From: an uncultured Bacteroidota bacterium
Lineage (GTDB): Bacteria > Bacteroidota > Ignavibacteria > Kryptoniales > JAKASW01
NCBI GenBank assembly: GCA_963768145.1
Contig: CAVYHK010000025.1
Coordinates: 96,001-160,000 of the forward strand
DNA: 64,000 bases
Direction: 5' to 3'
The position numbers and the translations under genes are program-made. The first letter of the stretch is position 1. Every line of letters begins with the position of its first letter. Shown piece after piece: positions 28,234 to 38,300 of this stretch. The notes beneath the pieces were generated by a model. The model did not search any database and was not told where the DNA came from. It worked only from the letters and a program-made list of their open reading frames with translations.

Positions 28234-28857
28234 CTATTCAAGGACTCCTTCGAGTTCTTCTTGCAGCCTTCGGACTGCCACGTACAGATGCTTCTTCACC
28301 GTTCCTTCGGTGCAGTTTGTCAATGAGGCGATTTCTCTCAGCAGATAACCCTCGTAGTGTTTCATTGTGAACACCAGCCTCTGCATCGGAGAGAGCATGC
28401 CAAGAGCTTGTTCGATTTGCTTGGCAAGCTCGGCCCTCATGAACTCTCCTTCAACGGAATTAGAAATTCCCGTGCCGGGGTCGGGATCAATTTCACCTTC
28501 AATCGTCTGAGAATTCTGCTGGAATAAGTCCATGCTTCTCTTCTGGTTATACTTGAAACTTAAACAAACATTGCTGGCAATTCTGTAAAGCCACGTCGAA
28601 AACTCACTCTTCATCTGAAACTTCTTAAGCGAATTAAAAGCACGTATGAGGGTCTCTTGATAAATGTCTTTGGCGTCATCCGAATTCCGCGTGAACGAAA
28701 ACGCGAGCGATAATACACGTCTGTCATATTTCTCGACAAGTTTCTCGAAAGCGTCCGCATCTCCATCTTGAGCCTGAAGAACCAGCTCTCTATCAGACAT
28801 TTTCTCCTGCCCGGGTTCCGTTGTTTCCTCTTGCTTTCGCTTTAGTTCTTTCTTCAT
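28234..28857 (-). CDS. ECF-type RNA polymerase sigma-70 family factor
   Basis: Region 2 is ..FEKLVEKYDRRVLSLAFSFTRNSDDAKDIYQETLIRAF.. ..FSTWLYRIASNVCLSF. Region 4 is LSPMQRLVFTMKHYEGYLLREIASLTNCTEGTVKKHLYVAVRRLQ. Confidence 0.9.
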   Translation of the reverse strand: MKKELKRKQEETTEPGQEKMSDRELVLQAQDGDADAFEKLVEKYDRRVLSLAFSFTRNSDDAKDIYQETLIRAFNSLKKFQMKSEFSTWLYRIASNVCLSFKYNQKRSMDLFQQNSQTIEGEIDPDPGTGISNSVEGEFMRAELAKQIEQALGMLSPMQRLVFTMKHYEGYLLREIASLTNCTEGTVKKHLYVAVRRLQEELEGVLE

Positions 28858-29112
28858 ATATTTCGACTCAGAATAGCCACAAATAGTTGGGGGGAAAAGG
28901 AATTTTGAATCATGAATCCTTAATCATAAATCTAAGAAAATATCTGCATGAGTTTAATTGCTCCGATCAGGCAAGTTCCTCTGAGCGTACGGTTACCGGA
29001 CGTTTTGGTGTACAGTATTCGACTTAATAATGGGGACGATTTTTTCAGCGGGGGATCGGCCCAAAATTTCAGGACCAGGATCCGATTGCCGCTTTTCGCA
29101 GATTAATGAGCC

Positions 29113-29760
29113 TTAGCCATGCAAAAGCGTATGCAGTGAGCTTACCAGAAAATAAATCGACAACAGAGCCAGCACCACCCCCAATGCATAGTTCACTTTT
29201 TTCATCGTCGATTCCGGAATAAAATTCTTCGCCCAATGAAGAATATTTGAAAGCGTAAACGAATAGGAAATCAGTCCAGCGCCGCCCGCAAGTAAGAACA
29301 TCAGCGATGTCTTTGCGTCATACCTTGACACCAATCCAATATCTTTCATTAGCTTTGCGCCAATGAGCCACCATACAATCATCATGGGATTTGTGACGGA
29401 CAGCGAAAACCCGGTAACGAAGGAAATCCGTTTATTTTTTAGTGTGGCATGAGTTGCCTCGAGCATTCTGGTATTCCTGCCGTCTCTGAGTGTGAGGAAA
29501 GCGAGGAGCCAGAGAATTACCGTGGCGACTAATCCAAAAACAGCTACGACGATCTTGTTCCCGAGGAATGGTGCAACTCCGAAGAGTGCGATAGCTCCAT
29601 ACATCGCATCGGAGCTTACAGAACCTGCGCAGACCATATAAGCCGCACGAAGATGACCATTGAGCGCGCGCTTCGCGATCTCGACCTGGATTGGACCGAT
29701 CGGAATCGCAGCCAGGAATCCCAGAACGTATGCCGAAAATAGGAATAAAAAGGTGTTCAT
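29113..29760 (-). CDS. LysE/RhtB family amino-acid exporter
   Basis: It is a 215-aa protein with about six TM segments and the N-terminal motif ..GFLAAIPIGPIQVEI.. typical of LysE-type translocators. Confidence 0.75.
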   Translation of the reverse strand: MNTFLFLFSAYVLGFLAAIPIGPIQVEIAKRALNGHLRAAYMVCAGSVSSDAMYGAIALFGVAPFLGNKIVVAVFGLVATVILWLLAFLTLRDGRNTRMLEATHATLKNKRISFVTGFSLSVTNPMMIVWWLIGAKLMKDIGLVSRYDAKTSLMFLLAGGAGLISYSFTLSNILHWAKNFIPESTMKKVNYALGVVLALLSIYFLVSSLHTLLHG

Positions 29761-29886
29761 TTAAATTTGATCAATGTCTAAGATAAACTAACCGCGGTAT
29801 GCAAAACAAATGATAAGAAGTCAATAACAAAATGTTAAAAAGACGAACCTTGTCATTTTGTCCTTATCTTCCGCGAGAGGTTCCGA

Positions 29887-31638
29887 CTACGAAAATCTCA
29901 TGCACACTTGAGTTATGTCATCGCTCTGAGGAGCATCGCCGACAAAAGAGGTGACTTCATTTTTAACTATCTCTAAAATTTCAGCTGCAGAACAAGTAGA
30001 GCTTCGGGCCAGAACTTCCTCCAACTTCTCTTCTGTAAACTGCTCGGCGTCAGAATTCATCGCTTCGTTTATTCCGTCGGTAAACAAATAGAGCAAATCT
30101 CCATTATTGATTTTTTCCTCACCTGCTTCGTACTTCACATCTTTCAACACACCGAGCAGCAGTCCACCCTTATCAAGTCTGACAATCCCGCCGCCGGATT
30201 TCATTAAGAATGGATAATTATGACCCGCATTTACATATCTTAAAGTCTTATCCGCCGAATTGTAGATCGCGGCAAAGAAAGTTATGAACTTGTCGAAGTC
30301 GGTGTTTTCATAAACGATGTCGTTAAGCCGCTCGCAGACTCTGACGAGCTGCATTCCTGTTGTTATCAAAGCGTGAAAAGCCGACTGGAGGTTTGCCATG
30401 AGCAGTGCCGCAGGAAATCCTTTGCCGGACACATCCGCTATCGCCACGCAAAGCAAGTTCTCGTCGAGTTTTATCACGTCGAAATAATCGCCGCCCACCT
30501 GCTTTGTCGGAATGTGGAACGCCCTCACATCAGAGCCCGCAAACTCCGGCATTTCCCGCGGAAGAAGATTCTCCTGTATCGTGTGCGCAAGGTTCAATTC
30601 TTCCTCCAGGCGCTGCTTCGCTAAAGACTCCTCAAACAATCGTGCGTTGTCGATCGCCATGGCCGCTAGATTGCACAACGAGGAAAGGAAACTTATTTCG
30701 GAATCCGAGTAATCTGCATGCGACATTCTCTCACCAAGAATTAACATGCCACCCGGTCTCCCCTGAAGTTGGAACGGGATCGCAACGTCGGCGCCTATCT
30801 CAACGAGATTCTTTGCCGCCGGATTCTCCTTCGCTATTTCCGCCAGCTTAACAGGATGGCCTGAAGAACAAAGCGCCTGCCCATTCGGCGCAGCGGAGAA
30901 ATCAAACTTTTCTATCCCTGGCAGTCTGTTGACGACGATCTTTGCCTTTGATTCATGAATCAAGCAGATTGCAAACTTCCTCGCACCGGTCTGTCCCATG
31001 ACAGCAAACTCAAGTGTTCTCACGGCGCGAGCTTCATCGATGAGCAAATTGAATTCCTTGCTAAGCTCAAACAGTGTTTGGAGCTCTTGCACCCGCCGCT
31101 GCAGCTCAGAGTTCGAATCCTTGTACTGCTGGAACACGCTCGCATTTTCAATTGCCGCCGCAGCAATGTTGCACATGGTGGAAACAAATTCGATCTCGGC
31201 GGGAGAAAGTTCACCGCCACCCGATTCAGATCGGGCCAGAAGTTTCTTCCCAACAAACAAATAACCGAGAAGATGCTGTGACGTCCGAATTGCAAATATC
31301 CTGTTCACACCGGCGTCAATTAACTCTTTCTTTATCGAATAATGAACTGCTGCTGCCTCCGTCGATCCTTCAAGGTCCAGAGTAAACAACTTTGAGAGCA
31401 TCGAGTCGTTCAGCGAGAATCCTTTCGAGATTCTGATGAAGCTCTGGTCTCTGGTGGAAAAGAGTTTCGGATCGACCACGGCCGCGCTCTTCGAAACGGC
31501 CAGCTTGCCCATCGACGCAAGCATGATGTGATTCAAGATGAATTTATAGTCGAGGGAGGAGTTGAGAATCTTCGCGGTCTCAATCAGAGAGGTTAGCTCA
31601 ATGATTTGATCGCCGCCCTGATCAGGATTTCGGCTCAT
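29887..31638 (-). CDS. GAF-domain PP2C (SpoIIE/RsbU-type) serine phosphatase
   Basis: The C-terminal PP2C motifs are GGDYFDV..IADVSGKGFPAALLMA..NAGHNYPFL..LFTDGINEA..DDITQV. Two GAF-like regions lie upstream. Confidence 0.85.
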   Translation of the reverse strand: MSRNPDQGGDQIIELTSLIETAKILNSSLDYKFILNHIMLASMGKLAVSKSAAVVDPKLFSTRDQSFIRISKGFSLNDSMLSKLFTLDLEGSTEAAAVHYSIKKELIDAGVNRIFAIRTSQHLLGYLFVGKKLLARSESGGGELSPAEIEFVSTMCNIAAAAIENASVFQQYKDSNSELQRRVQELQTLFELSKEFNLLIDEARAVRTLEFAVMGQTGARKFAICLIHESKAKIVVNRLPGIEKFDFSAAPNGQALCSSGHPVKLAEIAKENPAAKNLVEIGADVAIPFQLQGRPGGMLILGERMSHADYSDSEISFLSSLCNLAAMAIDNARLFEESLAKQRLEEELNLAHTIQENLLPREMPEFAGSDVRAFHIPTKQVGGDYFDVIKLDENLLCVAIADVSGKGFPAALLMANLQSAFHALITTGMQLVRVCERLNDIVYENTDFDKFITFFAAIYNSADKTLRYVNAGHNYPFLMKSGGGIVRLDKGGLLLGVLKDVKYEAGEEKINNGDLLYLFTDGINEAMNSDAEQFTEEKLEEVLARSSTCSAAEILEIVKNEVTSFVGDAPQSDDITQVCMRFS

Positions 31639-32086
31639 TTTTCAAATAGCGGACAAGTCTTACTTCGTTTGCGGCATTTCTATCCCCACGAACCGGTTCT
31701 TCGGCATGGTACTCAACGCTGTCCATCAGCTTTCGCATCAGGAAAATTCCTAATCCGCCCGCCTTGTGCTTCTTCATCCTATCTCGAACGTCCGGAACCG
31801 GCACCTCCTCCGGCCTGAAACTTGCCCCCCAATCGCGCACAACAATTTCGAATTCAATTCCGCTCGCCAGGATTCTGACCTCAAATTTCGTTTCCGGATT
31901 TCCCTTGTATGCATGCTTAATGACGTTCGTGCAGGCTTCATCCACAGCAAGAGTGATCTCGGAGACCTCTTTGTCGCCAAAGCCAAAGCTGATCGCACGT
32001 TCATTGACAAACTCGCGAACATCCGAAAGAGCAGTCGTAATGCTTCTGAATATTCTCGAGTCGTCTATTTTATCTGACCTTTTCAA
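31622..32086 (-). CDS. Anti-sigma regulatory factor / serine-protein kinase (RsbW/SpoIIAB-like, HATPase_c)
   Basis: The N-box is AVDEACTNVIKHAY and the G-box is AGGLGIFLMRKLMDSVEY. Size is 154 aa. Confidence 0.8.
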   Translation of the reverse strand: MKRSDKIDDSRIFRSITTALSDVREFVNERAISFGFGDKEVSEITLAVDEACTNVIKHAYKGNPETKFEVRILASGIEFEIVVRDWGASFRPEEVPVPDVRDRMKKHKAGGLGIFLMRKLMDSVEYHAEEPVRGDRNAANEVRLVRYLKNEPKS

Positions 32087-32116
32087 AATATCTCACGTTG
32101 TTTTTTCGCTTATGCG

Positions 32117-32467
32117 TCACTGAGCGCGGAACTTCTTCAGCGCCTCATCCTGATCTTTGTAAATCTCATAAAGGAAAGGAAATCCAAGAAGATCGAACAC
32201 GTTAAAAACTTTCTGTTGCATGTTTGCCAGCTTGATGTCACCGTGGTTGTTGCGTATCTCGTCGATATACGCCATGAAGACGCCGAGCCCCGCACTCGAT
32301 ATGTAATTCAGCCCATCGAAGTTCACCACAATGTTAAACTTCCCTTTGCCGATAAGTTCCGTAAATGTTTTTTCAAGTTCAGGCGCGGTATGGGCATCGA
32401 GAAACCCGTGAAGCTCCATCACAATTGCATTTCCTGAATCTTTAGTCAGCACTTTGAACTCGTTCAT
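32117..32467 (-). CDS. STAS-domain anti-sigma-factor antagonist (RsbV/SpoIIAA-like)
   Basis: It is 116 aa. The phospho-acceptor context is ..LNYISSAGLGVF.. (Ser in the DSSGL-like motif). Confidence 0.85.
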   Translation of the reverse strand: MNEFKVLTKDSGNAIVMELHGFLDAHTAPELEKTFTELIGKGKFNIVVNFDGLNYISSAGLGVFMAYIDEIRNNHGDIKLANMQQKVFNVFDLLGFPFLYEIYKDQDEALKKFRAQ

Positions 32468-32585
32468 TTATCCCTCCACTCAAAATTTTCTATCTGCATT
32501 TCAAATAACAACAAAGGCACAGAGGCACAAAAGAGTGCTCCTTCTCTTTGTGCCTTAGCAGCTTTGCAACTTTCCAACTGTATCT

Positions 32586-34667
32586 TCATTTCCATTTCAA
32601 AATTAGCACAGTCGTATCATCAACTGCATCGGTGCCCTGCGAAAATTCCGCCAAAGCCCGGATGATGCCTCCCTTGATTTCTGTCGCAGTTCCGACACTC
32701 AATCTCGCCAATAAATTGTAAAATCGTTCTTCTCCAAATTCATTCCCATCAGGATCCCGCTGGTCGGTCACGCCATCGGTGTAGAACACCAGCGTGTCTC
32801 CAGATTGGAGAGAGACTTTTTCCTCTTCGAGGTGTTTTCCAAAGTCCTGTGACTGTTCGATTCCGAGCGCCGCGCCTGATGGCTTTATCAGTTTGAAGTT
32901 ACCTCCAGTTATCAAGACAGCAGGTGTGTGTCCAGCCCGAACCAAAGCAATCTCTCCCGTCTGAGAGTCAAGCATACCATAAATCAGGGTTATGAAGTAA
33001 CTTTTTTGAAGTGTGTTTTCCACCGCCTCGTTCGCCGCCATCATGAATTCCAACGGCGTTTTCGCGGACGCAGATCGAGATTGAAAAATTCCTTTCATGT
33101 AAGCCATGTAGAAAGCTGCCGACGTTCCTTTTCCGGAAACATCTCCGACCACAAATGCAAACCTCCGGTCATCGATGTTGAGAAAATCCACGTAATCTCC
33201 TCCGACTTCAAACGCGGGAAAAGCTAGAAAATCTGTTTCAAACTTTTCCGTCCTTGGGAATACGGTCGGCATAAGCTTCAACTGCATTTCGTGAGCGATG
33301 CGCATTTCATGCTGGAGACGCTCATTCTCAATTGATTTCGTGAAGAGTAGAGAATTCTGTATCGCTACCGCAGCCGTATCCGCAAAGGCGCTGACCGTGG
33401 AAATCTCCTCCTCATCAAAAGCATAAGGCATGTCGCTGGCAACATAGAGAATACCGATAGATTCGTCATGGGCAGTCAGCGGAACCGCGAGAAGTGACTT
33501 GGCAGGAAAATCTTTCAGATCATACTTTGCAAAATCATCGGCATCCTGGATCAGAATTCGATTCTTTGCGCAAACGAACTCACGCAATTTGTCAAAATCA
33601 AAGCCTGACAGCTCGTATTGGCTTGTCCTGTAAGTTGCACTGATCTCCATTCTGGGGTCAGTAGTCGGCGCTGTTGTTCCTTCTTCCCTCTCTGCCGCAT
33701 TTTTCCTTAGTTCGATCCACACCTTGTTAGCCTGCGAGACAGCTCCGACGACAGAGGCGGTATTATTGAGGACCTCAGACGTATCCATGACGTTCGTGAT
33801 CACCTTGCTCAAATTCTGATAGGAGTCAAGCTCCCGCTTCTTTTTCTCAAACACGCTGGAAGTCGGGATATGAAACGTGGTCACGACGAAAGCGAGCGAA
33901 AAGTAAATAGTCAGAAACAGGAATATTATCTTGGAAAATTCTTGAACTGGCACGCTGTAGAATTGAAGTACGCCGCCAGCCAGGTCTGCAGGACCGATAG
34001 AAGCGAAAGAATAACCAAATAGAAGAATCAAGAAGAACGAGTGCACAAGTGACTTGTACTTCTCTTTGCGCGAGAGGAACACGATCCAATTCATGCTGAC
34101 GATATGGAGAACGGATATAATGATCGCAATCACGAAAGCTATTTGCGCAAGTGTATTCATGAAGGATGAAGATTGAAACGCGCTGAGCACTGCGGAAGCA
34201 ATGGCGAATCCGATGAAGAATTCAAATCTTCTTCTGACTTTCTTTTCGGGCTTGATATAAATCATACCAGCCATGTATATCAAAAGAATAAATACGAACG
34301 TGCAAATCCCGAATGCAAATACTGTAGTCGCAAGAAGCTGCAAGATATTCTGCGGAATAAATTTTCCCGAGACGTTTCCTTTGTTCTCAAGCATAATTCC
34401 CCAGGTGGAAATTATTGCGGCAGAAAAAAATCCGTATGCGACGAGCCTGCGAAGCGACTCGAGAGGTTTAAGCTGCTTTCTGTCGCGCCACAATTTTACA
34501 GCCGCATATAGGAGCACAAACGCCACTATCGAGAACAGATCGCGGATGGTGTTTAAGACCGGATCGTTCAAATTGATGGCAATTCGGATCCAATCGTAAA
34601 CAAGCAGGACAACCGCTATTGCTCCTGCGGAAATAAGATAAAGGCTGTTTCTGAAATTTATTCGCAT
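32586..34667 (-). CDS. Integral-membrane sensor (about 8-10 TM) with GAF and a PP2C (SpoIIE-type) phosphatase
   Basis: The N-terminal 270 aa is multi-TM, followed by a GAF-like middle region. The PP2C motifs are GGDYVDF..VGDVSGKGTSAAFYMA..RAGHTP..FYTDGVTD..DDTTVL. Confidence 0.85.
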   Translation of the reverse strand: MRINFRNSLYLISAGAIAVVLLVYDWIRIAINLNDPVLNTIRDLFSIVAFVLLYAAVKLWRDRKQLKPLESLRRLVAYGFFSAAIISTWGIMLENKGNVSGKFIPQNILQLLATTVFAFGICTFVFILLIYMAGMIYIKPEKKVRRRFEFFIGFAIASAVLSAFQSSSFMNTLAQIAFVIAIIISVLHIVSMNWIVFLSRKEKYKSLVHSFFLILLFGYSFASIGPADLAGGVLQFYSVPVQEFSKIIFLFLTIYFSLAFVVTTFHIPTSSVFEKKKRELDSYQNLSKVITNVMDTSEVLNNTASVVGAVSQANKVWIELRKNAAEREEGTTAPTTDPRMEISATYRTSQYELSGFDFDKLREFVCAKNRILIQDADDFAKYDLKDFPAKSLLAVPLTAHDESIGILYVASDMPYAFDEEEISTVSAFADTAAVAIQNSLLFTKSIENERLQHEMRIAHEMQLKLMPTVFPRTEKFETDFLAFPAFEVGGDYVDFLNIDDRRFAFVVGDVSGKGTSAAFYMAYMKGIFQSRSASAKTPLEFMMAANEAVENTLQKSYFITLIYGMLDSQTGEIALVRAGHTPAVLITGGNFKLIKPSGAALGIEQSQDFGKHLEEEKVSLQSGDTLVFYTDGVTDQRDPDGNEFGEERFYNLLARLSVGTATEIKGGIIRALAEFSQGTDAVDDTTVLILKWK

Positions 34668-35047
34668 GTTACTTAATCTAATACTTGCTCACCATTTTTT
34701 TCTTGCCATATGCCAGTAAATAATTCCAGCATCTTCTTCCTGTAAGGTACAGTGATGTTCCTTATCTACTCTTCGCATTCTTCAATGATTTGTTACGAAA
34801 AAGCGTTGGCCACAAAAAGGAGATGTTTTAGACCGACTTTGTCGGAAGAGACGCAAAGCAAGAGCGGGGTGGGTGGATTACAGAAGCGCGATTAAGCCTT
34901 GCGCAGTGTCGGATCGAAATCCCTTTTCCCCCGGTTGATTGAACTTGTTCGAAAATCACTTTTCGTCGCCCCGAACTTTGGAGTGCAATGTCCCAGTGTC
35001 CCGCCTTCGCGGGATTTCGGGCTGTAGTAATGAGAGTGTTGCCGAAT

Positions 35048-35133
35048 GGATTCTTCACTGCACTTCGTTTCGTTCAGAATGACAAAACCGCTTCATTATG
35101 TCATTCTGAGGGAGTGGAACGACCGAAGAATCC
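35048..35133. repeat. Imperfect 86-bp palindromic element (GGATTCTTC..CAGAATGAC / GTCATTCTGAG..GAAGAATCC)
   Basis: The arm termini are exact complements (9 bp outer, 10 bp inner: TCAGAATGAC/GTCATTCTGA) and the middle is imperfect. It sits in the 660-bp spacer between two minus-strand genes. Confidence 0.6.
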
Positions 35134-35331
35134 ATCTCTTTCTCTGTGGAGCTTATTCGGCAACACGCTACTAACGGAGGGAATCAAATGCTGAGATGCA
35201 GCTTTCATTATAGTTTATTAAACGCGGCGGCATGCCGCAAACCGGAACAAGTTCAGCATGACAACCTTTGTGTTTGTCGGACAGCCCCGACATTGGCGGT
35301 ACCTAGCATTCGACTGAGGGAACATCTGTTC

Positions 35332-38300
35332 CTACTTGATCAACGCCATCTTCTTGACCTGACTATAATTCCCGGCATTAATCCTGCAGAAGTAGACACC
35401 TGATGCCAAACCAGTCCCATCAAACACCGTTTCATAATATCCTGACTGTTGAACCTGATCGACAAGCGTTCTCACCATTTGGCCAAGGACGTTGTAAACC
35501 TTCAATGTAACCCTGACATCCTTCGGGATTTCATATCTGACTATCGTTACCGGATTGAACGGGTTTGGATAATTCTGGTACAACTCATAATTCTTCGGAG
35601 CATAGATGGCCTTGATCGAGTCGATGTAATTCCCGCTTCCAATCAGCAATGCGTAGCTCTTATACTTGTAAGCTCCGCTAATTGAAATGCTGTCGGTTGT
35701 CTTCAGGTTATAAAAAGTGTGTGTGCCATTATCCACCAGATAGACGTCGCAGTTCTCAAGTCCGCCCGTTAAGGCAGGTTTCATCGCTGCTGTCTCCTTT
35801 GTGAGGTTCTTGACTTCAATGTCGAAAGATTGTCCTTTGCCGACCTCACTTCTAACATCCGAGAACAATTTCTTCCAGTAGCCTTTGGCATTCTGATCGA
35901 CAATCTGAATGCTCATGTCGGTGAAATTGTCCGGAGGCGCGAAGATATTCAGCCTATTAAGAGTGTCAGAGACGGTCGGATTAAAGCCGACGGTAATTGG
36001 CAGAGGCATCCTACTTCTCGACGACAATGACAGCTTGATGATATTGCTCCGAACTGAGCTTATTCCTTTGGAGAATCCTTCGACCCTGCTTTGGCTCGGT
36101 GCGCTGTAAGCATACGGAATCTCGAGCGATGCCAGGTCTTGGTTGTTATAGAAGTAATAGCCAAGATAGGGATCGAACGAGCCTGTTGTGTCGTAGCTCC
36201 CCTTGAAAAAATAGATCGGTTGAACAACGCTATTCAGAGTTTCAACTGAAGACCATGTAACACTCTTTTCAAATGGATTGGAAATGAGATTCCAGCCGCT
36301 ATGGAGTGTAATCGAATAGCAGTTGCTTGTATCCAGGGGCACGGTTGCCGCATTCGTTGATACAGTAAACGAATTTTTACTGAGTATCCAGAATGCCGTC
36401 CCAGGCATAAAATAGAATCTTCCGTCGCTGGGGTATTCCACGTAATAGTTTTGATCATCGCCGTTGTCCCAATAAGCGTCCCAGTCGGAACCTTGTGTCC
36501 CTGTGATCACTTTTCCCAATGGGATATCAATCGCACCCGGCAAGCCGATAATTCGATAACCTGTGGAATCCATCACGCTCGGGGGCACATATCTGGTCGA
36601 TACCGTTATTACGGATGGATAAGTGAAAGTCGTAAAGCTCCAGACAGCCGACCAACCGCTTGAACCACTTGAGCCGGTCGCATTTACACGCCAATAGTAA
36701 GTTGTCCCTTGAGACAGACCCGTTACCTCTTGTGAAGTTGATGTCAGCTTTGTTTTATCGAAGGCGGTGGTCGCGAATGTCGAATCTTTCGACACTTGCA
36801 GTTCATAACTTGTCGCGCCTTTAGAAGCGCTCCATGTCAATGTCGGATTTGTCGCGAGTCCCGTCGTACTGTTTGCCGGACTGGCAAGCGTCGGTGCAAG
36901 CGGTGTCACAAGAAGAGAAGAGATACTCGCGCGGTAAATCCCGTTGCCATCGGTTCCGGCAAAAATGTAGCCTGAGGAATTGATGACTAATGACACAATC
37001 GCCGCGGTGCTTGTCAGACCGGTCTGTGTCCAGCTTGCGCCGTTGTCCGTTGAAAGGTATACACCAACATACCCGGCAAAAATATAACCGGAGGAATTGA
37101 TGGCTAATGATTGAACAGTCCTAGTCGTCATACCATTATTTACCTGCGACCAACTCGTACCGTTGTTCGTTGAAAGATATACACCCGCACTATTCGTTCC
37201 CGCAAAAATGTAGCCAGACGAATTGATTGCTAGTGACAAAATCTCGCTGCTCGCCAAACCTACCTGCGTCCAGCTCCCGCCGTTGTTCGTCGAAAGATAT
37301 ACACCTAACTCCGTTCCGGCGAATATGTAGCCGGAAGAAACACTGATGGCGAACGAATAAACAACACCGGCATTCGTCAATCCATTATTTGCCGCCATCC
37401 AGCTCGTGCCGTTGTTCGCTGAAAGATATACCCCCCCATCAGTTTCAGCGAAAATGTAGCCGGAGGAATTGATGGCTAATGAATAAACATTGCCACTCGT
37501 CAAACCGGTCTGTGTCCAACTTGTACCGCTGTTCGTCGAAAGATATACGCCACTACTGGTTCCGGCAAAAATGTAGCCCGAGGAATTGATGGCTAAACAC
37601 ACAATACCACTAGTCGTCAAACCATTATTTACCGCCGTCCATGTTGTACCGTTGTTCGTCGAGAGATATACACCTCCACCCCAAGTTCCGGCAAATATGT
37701 AGCCGGAAGAATTGACGGCTAATGCCATAACATAGTTATTCGTCAATCCATTATTCATCAGGGTCCAGGAAAGCTGATTACCGGTCGTGAAGCTCCAAAT
37801 CGCCGACCAGGCACTCGTTCCTGCCGAATCAGTCGCATTCACCCGCCAGTAATACTTTGTCTGAGCTGACAAACCGCTTACTGCTAAAAACGTGTCCGCA
37901 ACCGTAGTGTCAGTGTATGCACTTGCAACAAATGTCGAGTCCGTTGAAAGCTGTACTCTGTAAGAAAGCCCCGCAGTCTGACTGACCTTCAAGAGCCTTC
38001 CATCCTTTCTCACAACCGCGTGCTTCGCTGCACTCGAAACGTAACTCGCTACCACTGTTGAGCCGTTCCATGTCAGTGTCGGACTGGTCGAAACTCCCGT
38101 CGAATCGTTTGCCGGGCTGGCAAGCTTCGGCGCTGGTGGCGGCACAGCAGACGGGATACTCGCACGATAAATCCCGCCACCATACGTTCCGGCAAAAATG
38201 TAGCCGGAGGAATTAATGGCTAATGGCTCAACATCGCTATTCGTCAAACCATTATTTACCTGTGTCCAGCTCGTACCGTTGTTCATTGAAAGATATACAC

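Noticed and set aside
28858-29112. Attempted promoter calls (an ECF-type GAAC..CGTC motif upstream of the sigma gene; a TTGACA at about 63535 upstream of the DUF4402 genes; a TTGAAC near 50890)
   Set aside because: I found no -35/-10 pair with acceptable spacing by eye, and the promoter consensus for this lineage is uncertain. No promoter is reported.
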